This document shows, piece after piece, positions 1 through 5,288 of a stretch of 5,288 nt of DNA (position 1 is the stretch's first letter; every line of letters starts with the position of its first letter). The position numbers and the translations under genes are program-made. The stretch comes from a virus. Taxonomy: Duplodnaviria; Heunggongvirae; Uroviricota; Caudoviricetes. The notes below the pieces were generated by a model. It was given only the letters and a program-made list of their open reading frames with translations, was not told the origin of the DNA and did no database searches. The stretch covers positions 1-5,288 of the IMG/VR virus record IMGVR_UViG_2657244940_000001. One strand, given 5' to 3'.

Positions 1-31
1 AGCATCGGTCACCACAGCAGCCACTGCTTTG

Positions 32-77
32 GCGGTACCAGTTTGTACACTTGCTTCCGGCTGGTACCGCTCTTTTT
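32..77 (+). terminator. Candidate intrinsic terminator-like hairpin followed by a T-run
   Basis: GCGGTACCAG at 32-41 is the perfect reverse complement of CTGGTACCGC at 61-70 (10-bp stem, 19-nt loop), followed directly by TCTTTTT at 71-77. The loop is larger than in typical rho-independent terminators, so this is tentative. Confidence 0.3.
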
Positions 78-166
78 ACAAAACAGAGAAGAGCATCACC
101 GGACGACGGGCTCATAACCCAATCCACCCGGGCGGCTGCCACCGCAGGTGTTCTTCTCTGTTTTGT
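78..166. repeat. Long-range perfect 15-bp inverted repeat flanking a GC-rich 59-nt spacer (possible leader RNA structure or protein-binding site)
   Basis: ACAAAACAGAGAAGA at 78-92 is the exact reverse complement of TCTTCTCTGTTTTGT at 152-166, checked by hand. It lies upstream of the rdgC-like start at 201. Confidence 0.4.
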
Positions 167-200
167 GGAGAAACTAATATCTTGTGCAGAGGAAAATAGA

Positions 201-1118
201 ATGAAATTACCAAAATTTCGTAACGCAATTGTGTACCGAGCAACATTACCTAGTATACAGGCTATTGAAGGTCATCTTCTCGAACTCCCTTATTCTGAAA
301 TCGGGGAAACAGAACTTTCACGGTCCTCTTTTGTAGAGAATCCTGTCACTGGTGAACTGGTAACTCCGATATCTGGTGGGTACGCAATGGTAATCCGTCA
401 TGATCAGAAAATAATTCCCCGACATGTCGTCATGAAAGAAGCTAATTCTCGAATCCAAACAATCGAAAATATGTCCGGGAATAAATTAAAGCGTGCCGAA
501 CGACTGACCATTATTGATAACGTACGAGTAGATCTATGCAAACAGGCATTTGTTAAGTCTACGCTGATTCTTGCATTGTACAGCACTGATGAGAAATTAT
601 TGGTAATCAACACAACCAATAAAATAATAGCCGGTATGGTATGCGCAATGCTGATTAAGGTTGTCGGTTCAGTGAAAACAGAAACAATCAACATCAGTGA
701 TATCAAGAATGGACTGACTACACGCCTGAATAACTACATCAATGGTGCAGCCAATGCATTTGAAGGATTCACTGTCGGAAATTATATTCAGCTATCACGC
801 TACGCAGATCAAAAGGAAATTATTCGCTACTCAGCTGAGCATGAGTCAATTCAAAGCGAACTGGCCGATAGCCTTAGTAGTAGTTTCACTGCTGATAAAA
901 TGGAGTTATCCGGTTGCGGTGTGACCTTCATTCTTACCGAAAATTTCCATTTTTCGCGCATCAATACTCAATCTCAGACATTTAATGATGAAGATGATAA
1001 AGCATTCCAGTGGCGTCATCAGACTGGCGCTGACCTTTTCCAATTCAGCAAGGTAGTTAATTTGATGTGTGACCTTCTTTCTTACAAAGAAGATAAAAGC
1101 CAAAATCCAACAACTTAA
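201..1118 (+). CDS. rdgC: RdgC-like recombination-associated protein (305 aa)
   Basis: The track ORF 51..1118 is trimmed to ATG 201, which has AGGA at 190-193 about 7 nt upstream. The resulting N-terminus MKLPKFRNAIVYRATLP resembles the N-terminus of E. coli RdgC (MLWFKNLMVYRL, from memory), and 305 aa is close to RdgC length. Not aligned. The frame is also open upstream of 201 to the window edge. Confidence 0.6.
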   Translation: MKLPKFRNAIVYRATLPSIQAIEGHLLELPYSEIGETELSRSSFVENPVTGELVTPISGGYAMVIRHDQKIIPRHVVMKEANSRIQTIENMSGNKLKRAERLTIIDNVRVDLCKQAFVKSTLILALYSTDEKLLVINTTNKIIAGMVCAMLIKVVGSVKTETINISDIKNGLTTRLNNYINGAANAFEGFTVGNYIQLSRYADQKEIIRYSAEHESIQSELADSLSSSFTADKMELSGCGVTFILTENFHFSRINTQSQTFNDEDDKAFQWRHQTGADLFQFSKVVNLMCDLLSYKEDKSQNPTT

Positions 1119-1122
1119 AAAA

Positions 1123-1166
1123 ATTGCAGCAATCATCCCATGTCAAATGGGCTGGATTGCTGCAAT
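1123..1166. promoter_or_regulatory. Pair of inverted near-palindromic 11-mers (ATTGCAGCAAT / ATTGCTGCAAT) in the rdgC-like/HD intergenic region: operator-like or RNA hairpin
   Basis: ATTGCAGCAAT at 1123-1133 and ATTGCTGCAAT at 1156-1166 are exact reverse complements, and each is itself a palindrome apart from the central base. Centres are about 33 bp apart, roughly three helical turns. An inner palindrome CCCAT-GTCAA-ATGGG lies at 1137-1151. A run of A at 1116-1122 precedes the element, so on the minus strand the hairpin would be followed by a T-run. Confidence 0.4.
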
Positions 1167-1208
1167 CAAAATTCAGAGCGGTGCAGCGCATATAACGTGG
1201 AGAACAAA

Positions 1209-1745
1209 ATGTCATTTATTAAAACTTTTTCCGGGAAGCATTTTTATTATGACAAGATAAATAAAGACGACATCGTGATTAACGATATCGCGGTTTCCCT
1301 TTCAAATATCTGCCGCTTTGCCGGTCATCTTTCTCATTTCTACAGCGTCGCCCAACATGCGGTGCTTTGCAGCCAGCTGGTACCGCAGGAATTTGCTTTT
1401 GAAGCATTAATGCATGATGCAACAGAAGCGTATTGCCAGGACATCCCCGCGCCACTGAAACGCCTTCTTCCTGACTATAAACGGATGGAAGAAAAAATAG
1501 ACGCCGTAATCCGTGAGAAATACGGGTTACCTCCTGTTATGAGCACGCCAGTGAAATATGCCGATCTCATTATGCTGGCAACCGAACGTCGCGATCTCGG
1601 GCTTGATGATGGCTCTTTCTGGCCAGTACTGGAAGGTATCCCGGCAACAGAAATGTTCAAAGTTATTCCACTGGCTCCGAGCCATGCCTACGGGATGTTT
1701 ATGGAGCGCTTTAACGAGTTATCGGAGTTACGCACATGCGCATGA
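1209..1745 (+). CDS. HD-domain phosphohydrolase, YfbR/YfdR-type 5'-(deoxy)nucleotidase family (178 aa)
   Basis: The track ORF 1140..1745 is trimmed to ATG 1209, which has GGAG at 1199-1202 6 nt upstream, whereas ATG 1140 has no SD and sits inside the palindromic element. The protein carries an H...HD...D metal-binding signature (AQHAVL ... LMHDATEAYCQDIPAPLKR) that closely resembles the YfbR motif HDASEVLTGDLPTPVKY recalled from memory. 178 aa matches the size of prophage YfdR-type proteins. Confidence 0.75.
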   Translation: MSFIKTFSGKHFYYDKINKDDIVINDIAVSLSNICRFAGHLSHFYSVAQHAVLCSQLVPQEFAFEALMHDATEAYCQDIPAPLKRLLPDYKRMEEKIDAVIREKYGLPPVMSTPVKYADLIMLATERRDLGLDDGSFWPVLEGIPATEMFKVIPLAPSHAYGMFMERFNELSELRTCA

Positions 1746-2347
1746 ATGTTTTCGAAATGGAAGGGTTTCTTCGCGGGAAATGTGTACCACGAGATCTGAA
1801 AGTGAATGAAACAAATGCTGAATATCTGGTGCGTAAATTTGCTGAAGCGGAGGCCAAGATTTTGGCTCTGTCCGAAGACCAACAGAAAGCGATTGAGTCA
1901 ATTAAGCAGGCTGATGCAGCTGTTAAGTTGGCACACGAGAAGTTTTCGGCGCTGGCGGCGGAGAATGCGGGGCTGAAACACGCAATGGCCGTAACTCTTG
2001 AGCATGTGTCGGTCACGGATGCAGGGCAGGCTGGTGTTGCTGCAATGATTATCAACGATGCCCTGCACCACAGCGAAACTCCAGCCACCGATGATTTCCT
2101 GGCTGAAATTCGTGCGGAAGCACGCAACGAGGGGATTAACTATACCGCAAGCCGTCTTGCTGCTGCTTTCAATCACGGATTTATCAATAAGTCTTTACGT
2201 GAAGTTTTCGACGTTACACGCATGATTCTGTCAGCGAAAGAAGAGTTGGCTAATGAACCACACCCGATTGATGGCCTGTCCGGTGAATATGCGGAGAAAT
2301 CCCTAGAAGAATGGGCGGAACAGATTCGCAAAGGAGGCAACCAGTGA
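1736..2347 (+). CDS. Hypothetical phage protein, Ala/Glu-rich, probably partly coiled-coil (203 aa)
   Basis: Complete ORF. ATG 1736 has GGAG at 1724-1727 8 nt upstream, and the alternative ATG 1742 forms an ATGA overlap with the upstream stop at 1743-1745. No family recognised. Confidence 0.6.
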   Translation: MRMNVFEMEGFLRGKCVPRDLKVNETNAEYLVRKFAEAEAKILALSEDQQKAIESIKQADAAVKLAHEKFSALAAENAGLKHAMAVTLEHVSVTDAGQAGVAAMIINDALHHSETPATDDFLAEIRAEARNEGINYTASRLAAAFNHGFINKSLREVFDVTRMILSAKEELANEPHPIDGLSGEYAEKSLEEWAEQIRKGGNQ

Positions 2348-2568
2348 GCGGAAAAAGAATGACTAACAGAGAGCTTGTTGATGCCGCGATTAAGCTTGCT
2401 GGTGATTTTTATTCAATGATGGGGTACGCGCATCGCCCTGGATTCAAATATTGGGAATCACCGCATCCGCAAGAGCAACTGGTATTTCAAATGGCCTGCC
2501 GTGCTTTTGAGGTTATTCGCGGTTCTGATGTGATGGACGCCGTTGCCGACTTGGAGGATGAAGAGTGA
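2344..2568 (+). CDS. Hypothetical small acidic phage protein (74 aa from GTG 2344, or 69 aa if ATG 2359 is used)
   Basis: Lies in the frame of track ORF 2311..2568. GTG 2344 has AGGAGG at 2332-2337 6 nt upstream and overlaps the upstream stop as GTGA. The in-frame ATG 2359 has only a weak SD. The C-terminus is acidic (DLEDEE). Confidence 0.5.
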   Translation: MSGKRMTNRELVDAAIKLAGDFYSMMGYAHRPGFKYWESPHPQEQLVFQMACRAFEVIRGSDVMDAVADLEDEE

Positions 2569-3122
2569 CCCAAATTAACTATCAGGCACTGCGTGAAAAG
2601 GCAGAGAAAGCAACTAAAGGAAGCTACATCGTAGGGCATACATCTGTTAACCAGCACGGCAATTTAACAGGAGTTTTTGTTTGCCAAAAATGGAAAGGAG
2701 AACCCGGTGGCGTGATTGCGGAATGTCATGTTAACTGCCTGATTGAATCAGATGCTCAGGCTTATGCAAACGCTGAATTCATAGCAGAGGCTAACCCGGC
2801 TACCGTGCTGGCACTGCTGGATGAACAGGAAAGAAACCAGCAATACATCAAACGCCGCGACCAGGAGAACGAGGAGATTGCGCTTACGGTTGGGAAGCTG
2901 CGTGTTGAGCTTGAAGCAGAAAAACAGCGGGCAAAAGTTCTATTTATGGAAAATGCTCGGCTTAAGTCAGGCATAGCCGGTCTGATACACCTCGGTATTC
3001 GATATGCAGATGTTGAGGTCATGAAAATTGCTGGAGATGCCCAGCTTTCTACTCCATGCACTGACAGCATCATAAACAGCATTGCAGCAGGCATTTTCAC
3101 CAAAGAGGGGGCAGCACGATGA
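2565..3122 (+). CDS. Ead/Ea22-like family protein (185 aa)
   Basis: GTG start at 2565 overlaps the upstream stop (GTGA), with GGAGG at 2553-2557 7 nt upstream. The first in-frame ATG is far downstream, so the GTG start is needed. The N-terminal QALREKAEKATKG and the internal motif NAEFIAEANPATVLALLDEQE match the signature I recall for lambdoid Ead/Ea22-like proteins, followed by a charged coiled-coil-like segment. Confidence 0.65.
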   Translation: MTQINYQALREKAEKATKGSYIVGHTSVNQHGNLTGVFVCQKWKGEPGGVIAECHVNCLIESDAQAYANAEFIAEANPATVLALLDEQERNQQYIKRRDQENEEIALTVGKLRVELEAEKQRAKVLFMENARLKSGIAGLIHLGIRYADVEVMKIAGDAQLSTPCTDSIINSIAAGIFTKEGAAR

Positions 3123-3304
3123 GAACACTAGAGGTTCGCGCTGAAGACGTAATCCCTGGTGATGTGCTCATAACATCTAAAGGTCAACAATGTGCGGTTA
3201 AATCTTTTTGGATGGAAAATGACAAAGTGACTCTGTTCGGTACGGATGGTTCCGAAACTGATTATGACTACGACGAATTGCTTGTTATTGAGAGAGCTGC
3301 CTAA
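3119..3304 (+). CDS. Hypothetical small phage protein (61 aa)
   Basis: ATG 3119 overlaps the upstream stop (ATGA), with AGAGGGGG at 3104-3110 upstream. Complete ORF, no family recognised. Confidence 0.5.
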   Translation: MRTLEVRAEDVIPGDVLITSKGQQCAVKSFWMENDKVTLFGTDGSETDYDYDELLVIERAA

Positions 3305-3891
3305 TGACCACCTTTACCAAAGAACAGTTAATCTCCCATGCACGCGAAAGCGTTAGTTATCTGGAAAACTTGAAAGGACGTGTTAGCAAAGAAGGTGCGG
3401 ACTGCAAAGTTGTTATTGAGATGGTTGCACGAGATCTAAAACTGGCACGAATTGCACTGGCCTCGCTTGAGGCAAAGCCGGTGGCGTGGAAGGTAACCTT
3501 CACGCAAATTGACCGTGAATATAACACGTTCACTGGTATGTATTCTGACAAAGCAGAAGTCGAACGGTGGGTGCGGCTGCATAAAGCATGTAATTTTCGG
3601 GCAGATATAACACCGCTTTATACCGCCCAGCCAGTGCCGGTAACTCCGGATGCCTGGATAAGCTGTAGTGAGCGAATGCCAGAAATGGGAGAGCGACAAT
3701 GCTATGTGTTAGCTGCTGACTTTAAAAACAACTACCCACCAAACATCCCCAACACTCAGGTCGGCGTATATGGCGACTGGTTTAATGATGGCAAGCCCAC
3801 TTGGGATGACGGTGATGGCGAAGACCTGTATCTCAAGGAGGTAACCCACTGGATGCCGCTGCCAGAACCGCCGCAGGAGGTGAATCAATGA
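3304..3891 (+). CDS. DUF551-domain phage protein (195 aa)
   Basis: ATG 3304 overlaps the upstream TAA (TAATG). The C-terminal region (W-x-C-x-ERMPE ... THWMPLPEPP) matches the signature I recall for the prophage DUF551 family. The N-terminal half is unassigned. Confidence 0.65.
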   Translation: MTTFTKEQLISHARESVSYLENLKGRVSKEGADCKVVIEMVARDLKLARIALASLEAKPVAWKVTFTQIDREYNTFTGMYSDKAEVERWVRLHKACNFRADITPLYTAQPVPVTPDAWISCSERMPEMGERQCYVLAADFKNNYPPNIPNTQVGVYGDWFNDGKPTWDDGDGEDLYLKEVTHWMPLPEPPQEVNQ

Positions 3892-3971
3892 GCTGGCCTG
3901 ATGCAATCGTAACTCTGGGGATGGTATTCGCAGTAGCGTTTGTTGTGTACTCGATTTGTCGATGGGGATAA
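3888..3971 (+). CDS. Small hydrophobic single-pass membrane peptide (27 aa: MSWPDAIVTLGMVFAVAFVVYSICRWG), not in the ORF track
   Basis: ATG 3888 overlaps the upstream stop (ATGA 3888-3891), with AGGAGG at 3875-3880 7 nt upstream. Hand translation runs to TAA at 3969-3971 and contains an 18-residue hydrophobic stretch followed by R-W-G. Confidence 0.45.
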   Translation: MSWPDAIVTLGMVFAVAFVVYSICRWG

Positions 3972-3975
3972 CCAC

Positions 3976-4218
3976 ATGTTCGCTTTGATTCAACGCGGGC
4001 AGATATACACCGATAGTGCTGGCTACCCGATAAAAATTGTTCACTGCATAAACAACACTGTGTTGTACAGAAGAATGGATGGGCGAACACAGTCAGTAAA
4101 AATAAACGATTTCAATGAACTGTTTGAACGGATTGATCACCAGGAATACCGACAAATTCTGGCAGAAACAGAGCAGGAAGCTCATCTGAAAAAATTACGG
4201 GCCATGAAAAGGAAGTAA
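3976..4218 (+). CDS. Hypothetical small phage protein, possibly DUF4222-like (80 aa)
   Basis: The track ORF 3940..4218 is trimmed to ATG 3976, which has GGGGA at 3964-3968 upstream, because the 3940 start would overlap the preceding small ORF without an SD. The DUF4222 resemblance is weak recall only. Confidence 0.5.
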   Translation: MFALIQRGQIYTDSAGYPIKIVHCINNTVLYRRMDGRTQSVKINDFNELFERIDHQEYRQILAETEQEAHLKKLRAMKRK

Positions 4219-4221
4219 ACA

Positions 4222-4368
4222 ATGAATAAAGCATTTGAACAATGGGTCCACCAGCGTTACGGCAATCGCTATGACCTGACACGAGATGTTGACGGTTTCT
4301 ACTGTCGTGAAATTGTGAAACGAATGTTTGAAGTGTGGTGCCACTGCCGTGGGCTGAGTGTTGTGTGA
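4222..4368 (+). CDS. Small Cys/His-containing protein (48 aa: MNKAFEQWVHQRYGNRYDLTRDVDGFYCREIVKRMFEVWCHCRGLSVV), not in the ORF track
   Basis: ATG 4222 lies 4 nt after the upstream stop, with AAGGAAG at 4210-4215 upstream. Hand translation runs to TGA at 4366-4368. It fills the gap before the xis-like gene. Residues C28, C40, H41 and C42 could form a small metal-binding site (speculative). Confidence 0.4.
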   Translation: MNKAFEQWVHQRYGNRYDLTRDVDGFYCREIVKRMFEVWCHCRGLSVV

Positions 4369-4376
4369 GGTAATGC

Positions 4377-4613
4377 ATGGGCAATGTGATTCAACTGGCT
4401 CCCAATGAATGGGTTTGTGAAAGCGTTCTAATCGCAATTACCGGGCTCAAACCAGGCACAATTCTTCGGGCCCGGAAAGAATGCTGGATGGTTGGAAGAG
4501 AGTATATTCACGTATCACCAGACGGTAATCCAAAGCCTTCCAGTGAATGTATGTATAACAGAAAAGCAATAGATGCCTGGGTCGCTTCAATGAAAAACAA
4601 ACAACCTGGGTGA
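4377..4613 (+). CDS. xis: Excisionase-like / AlpA-family HTH DNA-binding protein (78 aa)
   Basis: ATG 4377 has GAGG at 4367-4370 6 nt upstream. It sits immediately upstream of the integrase in the same orientation. The segment IAITGLKPGTILRARKE resembles the AlpA/excisionase HTH motif (ITGLSRSTIYR), and the NEW...W pattern resembles putative prophage excisionases (recall). Confidence 0.55.
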   Translation: MGNVIQLAPNEWVCESVLIAITGLKPGTILRARKECWMVGREYIHVSPDGNPKPSSECMYNRKAIDAWVASMKNKQPG

Positions 4614-4668
4614 TTTAATATCATGAAATATGTAAGCTCGTATCGCTCTTGGGCGTCTGGAGGTATCG

Positions 4669-5288
4669 ATGGATAAAGTCAAATATCCAACAGGCGTCGA
4701 AAACCACGGCGGCACATTACGCATCTGGTTTAATTTTAAAGGTAAACGTGTCAGGGAAAATCTTGGTGTCCCTGACACTGCCAAGAACAGGAAGATCGCC
4801 GGGGAACTGCGGACATCAGTATGTTTTGCCATCCGCACAGGAAGCTTTGATTATGCTGCACAGTTCCCTGACTCCCCCAACCTTCAGGCTTTTGGGGTAA
4901 GTAAAAAAGAAATTACGGTGAAGGAACTTGAAGAAAAGTGGCTGGATCTGAAACGAATGGAAATCTCTGCAAATGCATTCAATCGCTATGAATCCGTTGC
5001 AAGAACGATGGTTTCGAAAATTGGAGGCAGTAGACTGGTGTCATCGGTAACCAAAGAGGAATTGCTGTATATCAGGAAAGATTTGCTAACCGGGTATCAG
5101 AATTCAACGAAAAACAAAGCAGCAGCAAAAGGACGGAGCGTCGTTACTGTAAATTATTACATGACGACAATCGCTGGAATGTTTCAGTTTGCTGCAGATC
5201 ACGGTTACTTAGAAGCAAATCCCTTTCAGGGAATTAAGCCTCTTAAAAGAGCCAGGGCAGAGCCAGATCCGCTAACTCGTGACGAATT
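4669..5288 (+). CDS. int: Tyrosine-type phage integrase, N-terminal ~206 aa (partial, continues past the window end)
   Basis: ATG 4669 has GGAGG at 4659-4663 5 nt upstream. I translated the frame by hand to position 5286 with no stop (MDKVKYPTGVENHGGTLRIWFNFKGKRVRENLGV...). This N-terminal pattern resembles the arm-binding N-termini of enterobacterial cryptic-prophage integrases (recall). It is missing from the ORF track because no stop falls inside the window. Confidence 0.8.
   Translation, partial: MDKVKYPTGVENHGGTLRIWFNFKGKRVRENLGVPDTAKNRKIAGELRTSVCFAIRTGSFDYAAQFPDSPNLQAFGVSKKEITVKELEEKWLDLKRMEISANAFNRYESVARTMVSKIGGSRLVSSVTKEELLYIRKDLLTGYQNSTKNKAAAKGRSVVTVNYYMTTIAGMFQFAADHGYLEANPFQGIKPLKRARAEPDPLTRDE

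Larger units (their letters stand above)
1..5288 (+). mobile_element. Fragment of a lambdoid-type prophage: early-left accessory operon running into the xis-int integration module (partial, continues beyond both edges)
   Basis: All supported genes are on the + strand, tightly packed with overlapping stop/start codons. The gene order ends with an excisionase-like gene then an integrase, which is the layout of the lambda pL operon distal end. Several products (Ead/Ea22-like, DUF551, small hypotheticals) are typical prophage cargo. Inference from gene content and order, no att site is visible in the window. Confidence 0.7.

Noticed and set aside
51-200. N-terminal extension of track ORF 51..1118 (start at ATG 51)
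   Set aside because: ATG 51 has no SD, and the extension would run through the terminator-like hairpin and the inverted repeat. ATG 201 has a good SD and gives an RdgC-like N-terminus of the right length.
404-1136. Minus-strand ORFs 404..706 and 906..1136 and + strand ORF 742..924
   Set aside because: They are fully embedded in or antisense to the rdgC-like CDS, have low-complexity hydrophobic translations and no convincing SD, so they are most likely frame artefacts.
1140-1208. Upstream start (ATG 1140) for the HD-domain gene
   Set aside because: ATG 1140 has no SD and lies inside the palindromic element 1123-1166, whereas ATG 1209 has GGAG 6 nt upstream and gives the expected 178 aa.
1069-1260. 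ORF 1069..1260 (+)
   Set aside because: It straddles the rdgC-like stop, the palindromic intergenic element and the HD gene start in another frame, so it is a chance ORF.
1475-2176. Minus-strand ORFs 1475..1660, 1688..1882, 1711..2127 and 1898..2176, and + ORF 1558..1809
   Set aside because: They are antisense to or out of frame with well-supported + strand genes. The 138-aa ORF is the Ser/Ala-rich mirror typical of the antisense of an Ala/Glu-rich coiled-coil gene.
4248-4255. Single Chi octamer (CCACCAGC on +, that is GCTGGTGG on the minus strand)
   Set aside because: A single 8-mer is close to chance expectation for a window this size and sits inside the 48-aa ORF, so it is not evidence of a functional Chi.
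2762-4437. Minus-strand ORFs 2762..3103, 3357..3551, 3436..3699, 3709..4044, 3833..4090, 4112..4384 and 4195..4437
   Set aside because: All overlap coupled + strand genes, have no SD context I could find and give implausible compositions, and the whole window is otherwise one co-directional operon.
4614-4668. Possible int promoter in the xis-int spacer
   Set aside because: I could not find a -35/-10 pair with acceptable spacing by eye. Only the SD for int is clear.
4587-4900. ORF 4649..4900 (+) and ORF 4587..4838 (-)
   Set aside because: Both lie inside the integrase frame starting at 4669, which has a strong SD and an integrase-like N-terminus. These are alternate-frame artefacts.
1-5288. 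CRISPR arrays, tRNA/rRNA genes, IS elements or terminal inverted repeats
   Set aside because: I saw no regularly spaced direct repeats, no cloverleaf-like tRNA candidates and no transposase-like ORFs. The only repeats are the inverted repeats reported as features.

Overview
The window reads as a single co-directional (+ strand) operon from the early-left/integration arm of a lambdoid-type enterobacterial prophage, ending in an excisionase-like gene and the 5' part of a tyrosine integrase that runs off the 3' edge. I support 12 plus-strand CDSs, most joined by overlapping stop/start codons (ATGA, GTGA, TAATG) with Shine-Dalgarno motifs 5-8 nt upstream. Three of them are absent from the supplied ORF track: two short ORFs (27 aa, 48 aa) and the partial integrase. 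Recognisable products are an RdgC-like recombination-associated protein, an HD-domain YfbR/YfdR-type 5'-nucleotidase, an Ead/Ea22-like protein, a DUF551 protein, an AlpA-like HTH excisionase candidate and the integrase N-terminus. The rest are small hypothetical phage proteins. Non-coding signals are a terminator-like hairpin plus a 15-bp long-range inverted repeat in the first 170 nt, and a pair of inverted near-palindromic 11-mers between the rdgC-like and HD genes. No rRNA, tRNA or CRISPR is visible, and all minus-strand ORFs in the track look like antisense artefacts. All family assignments are from motif recall, not from alignment or database search, and need confirmation.
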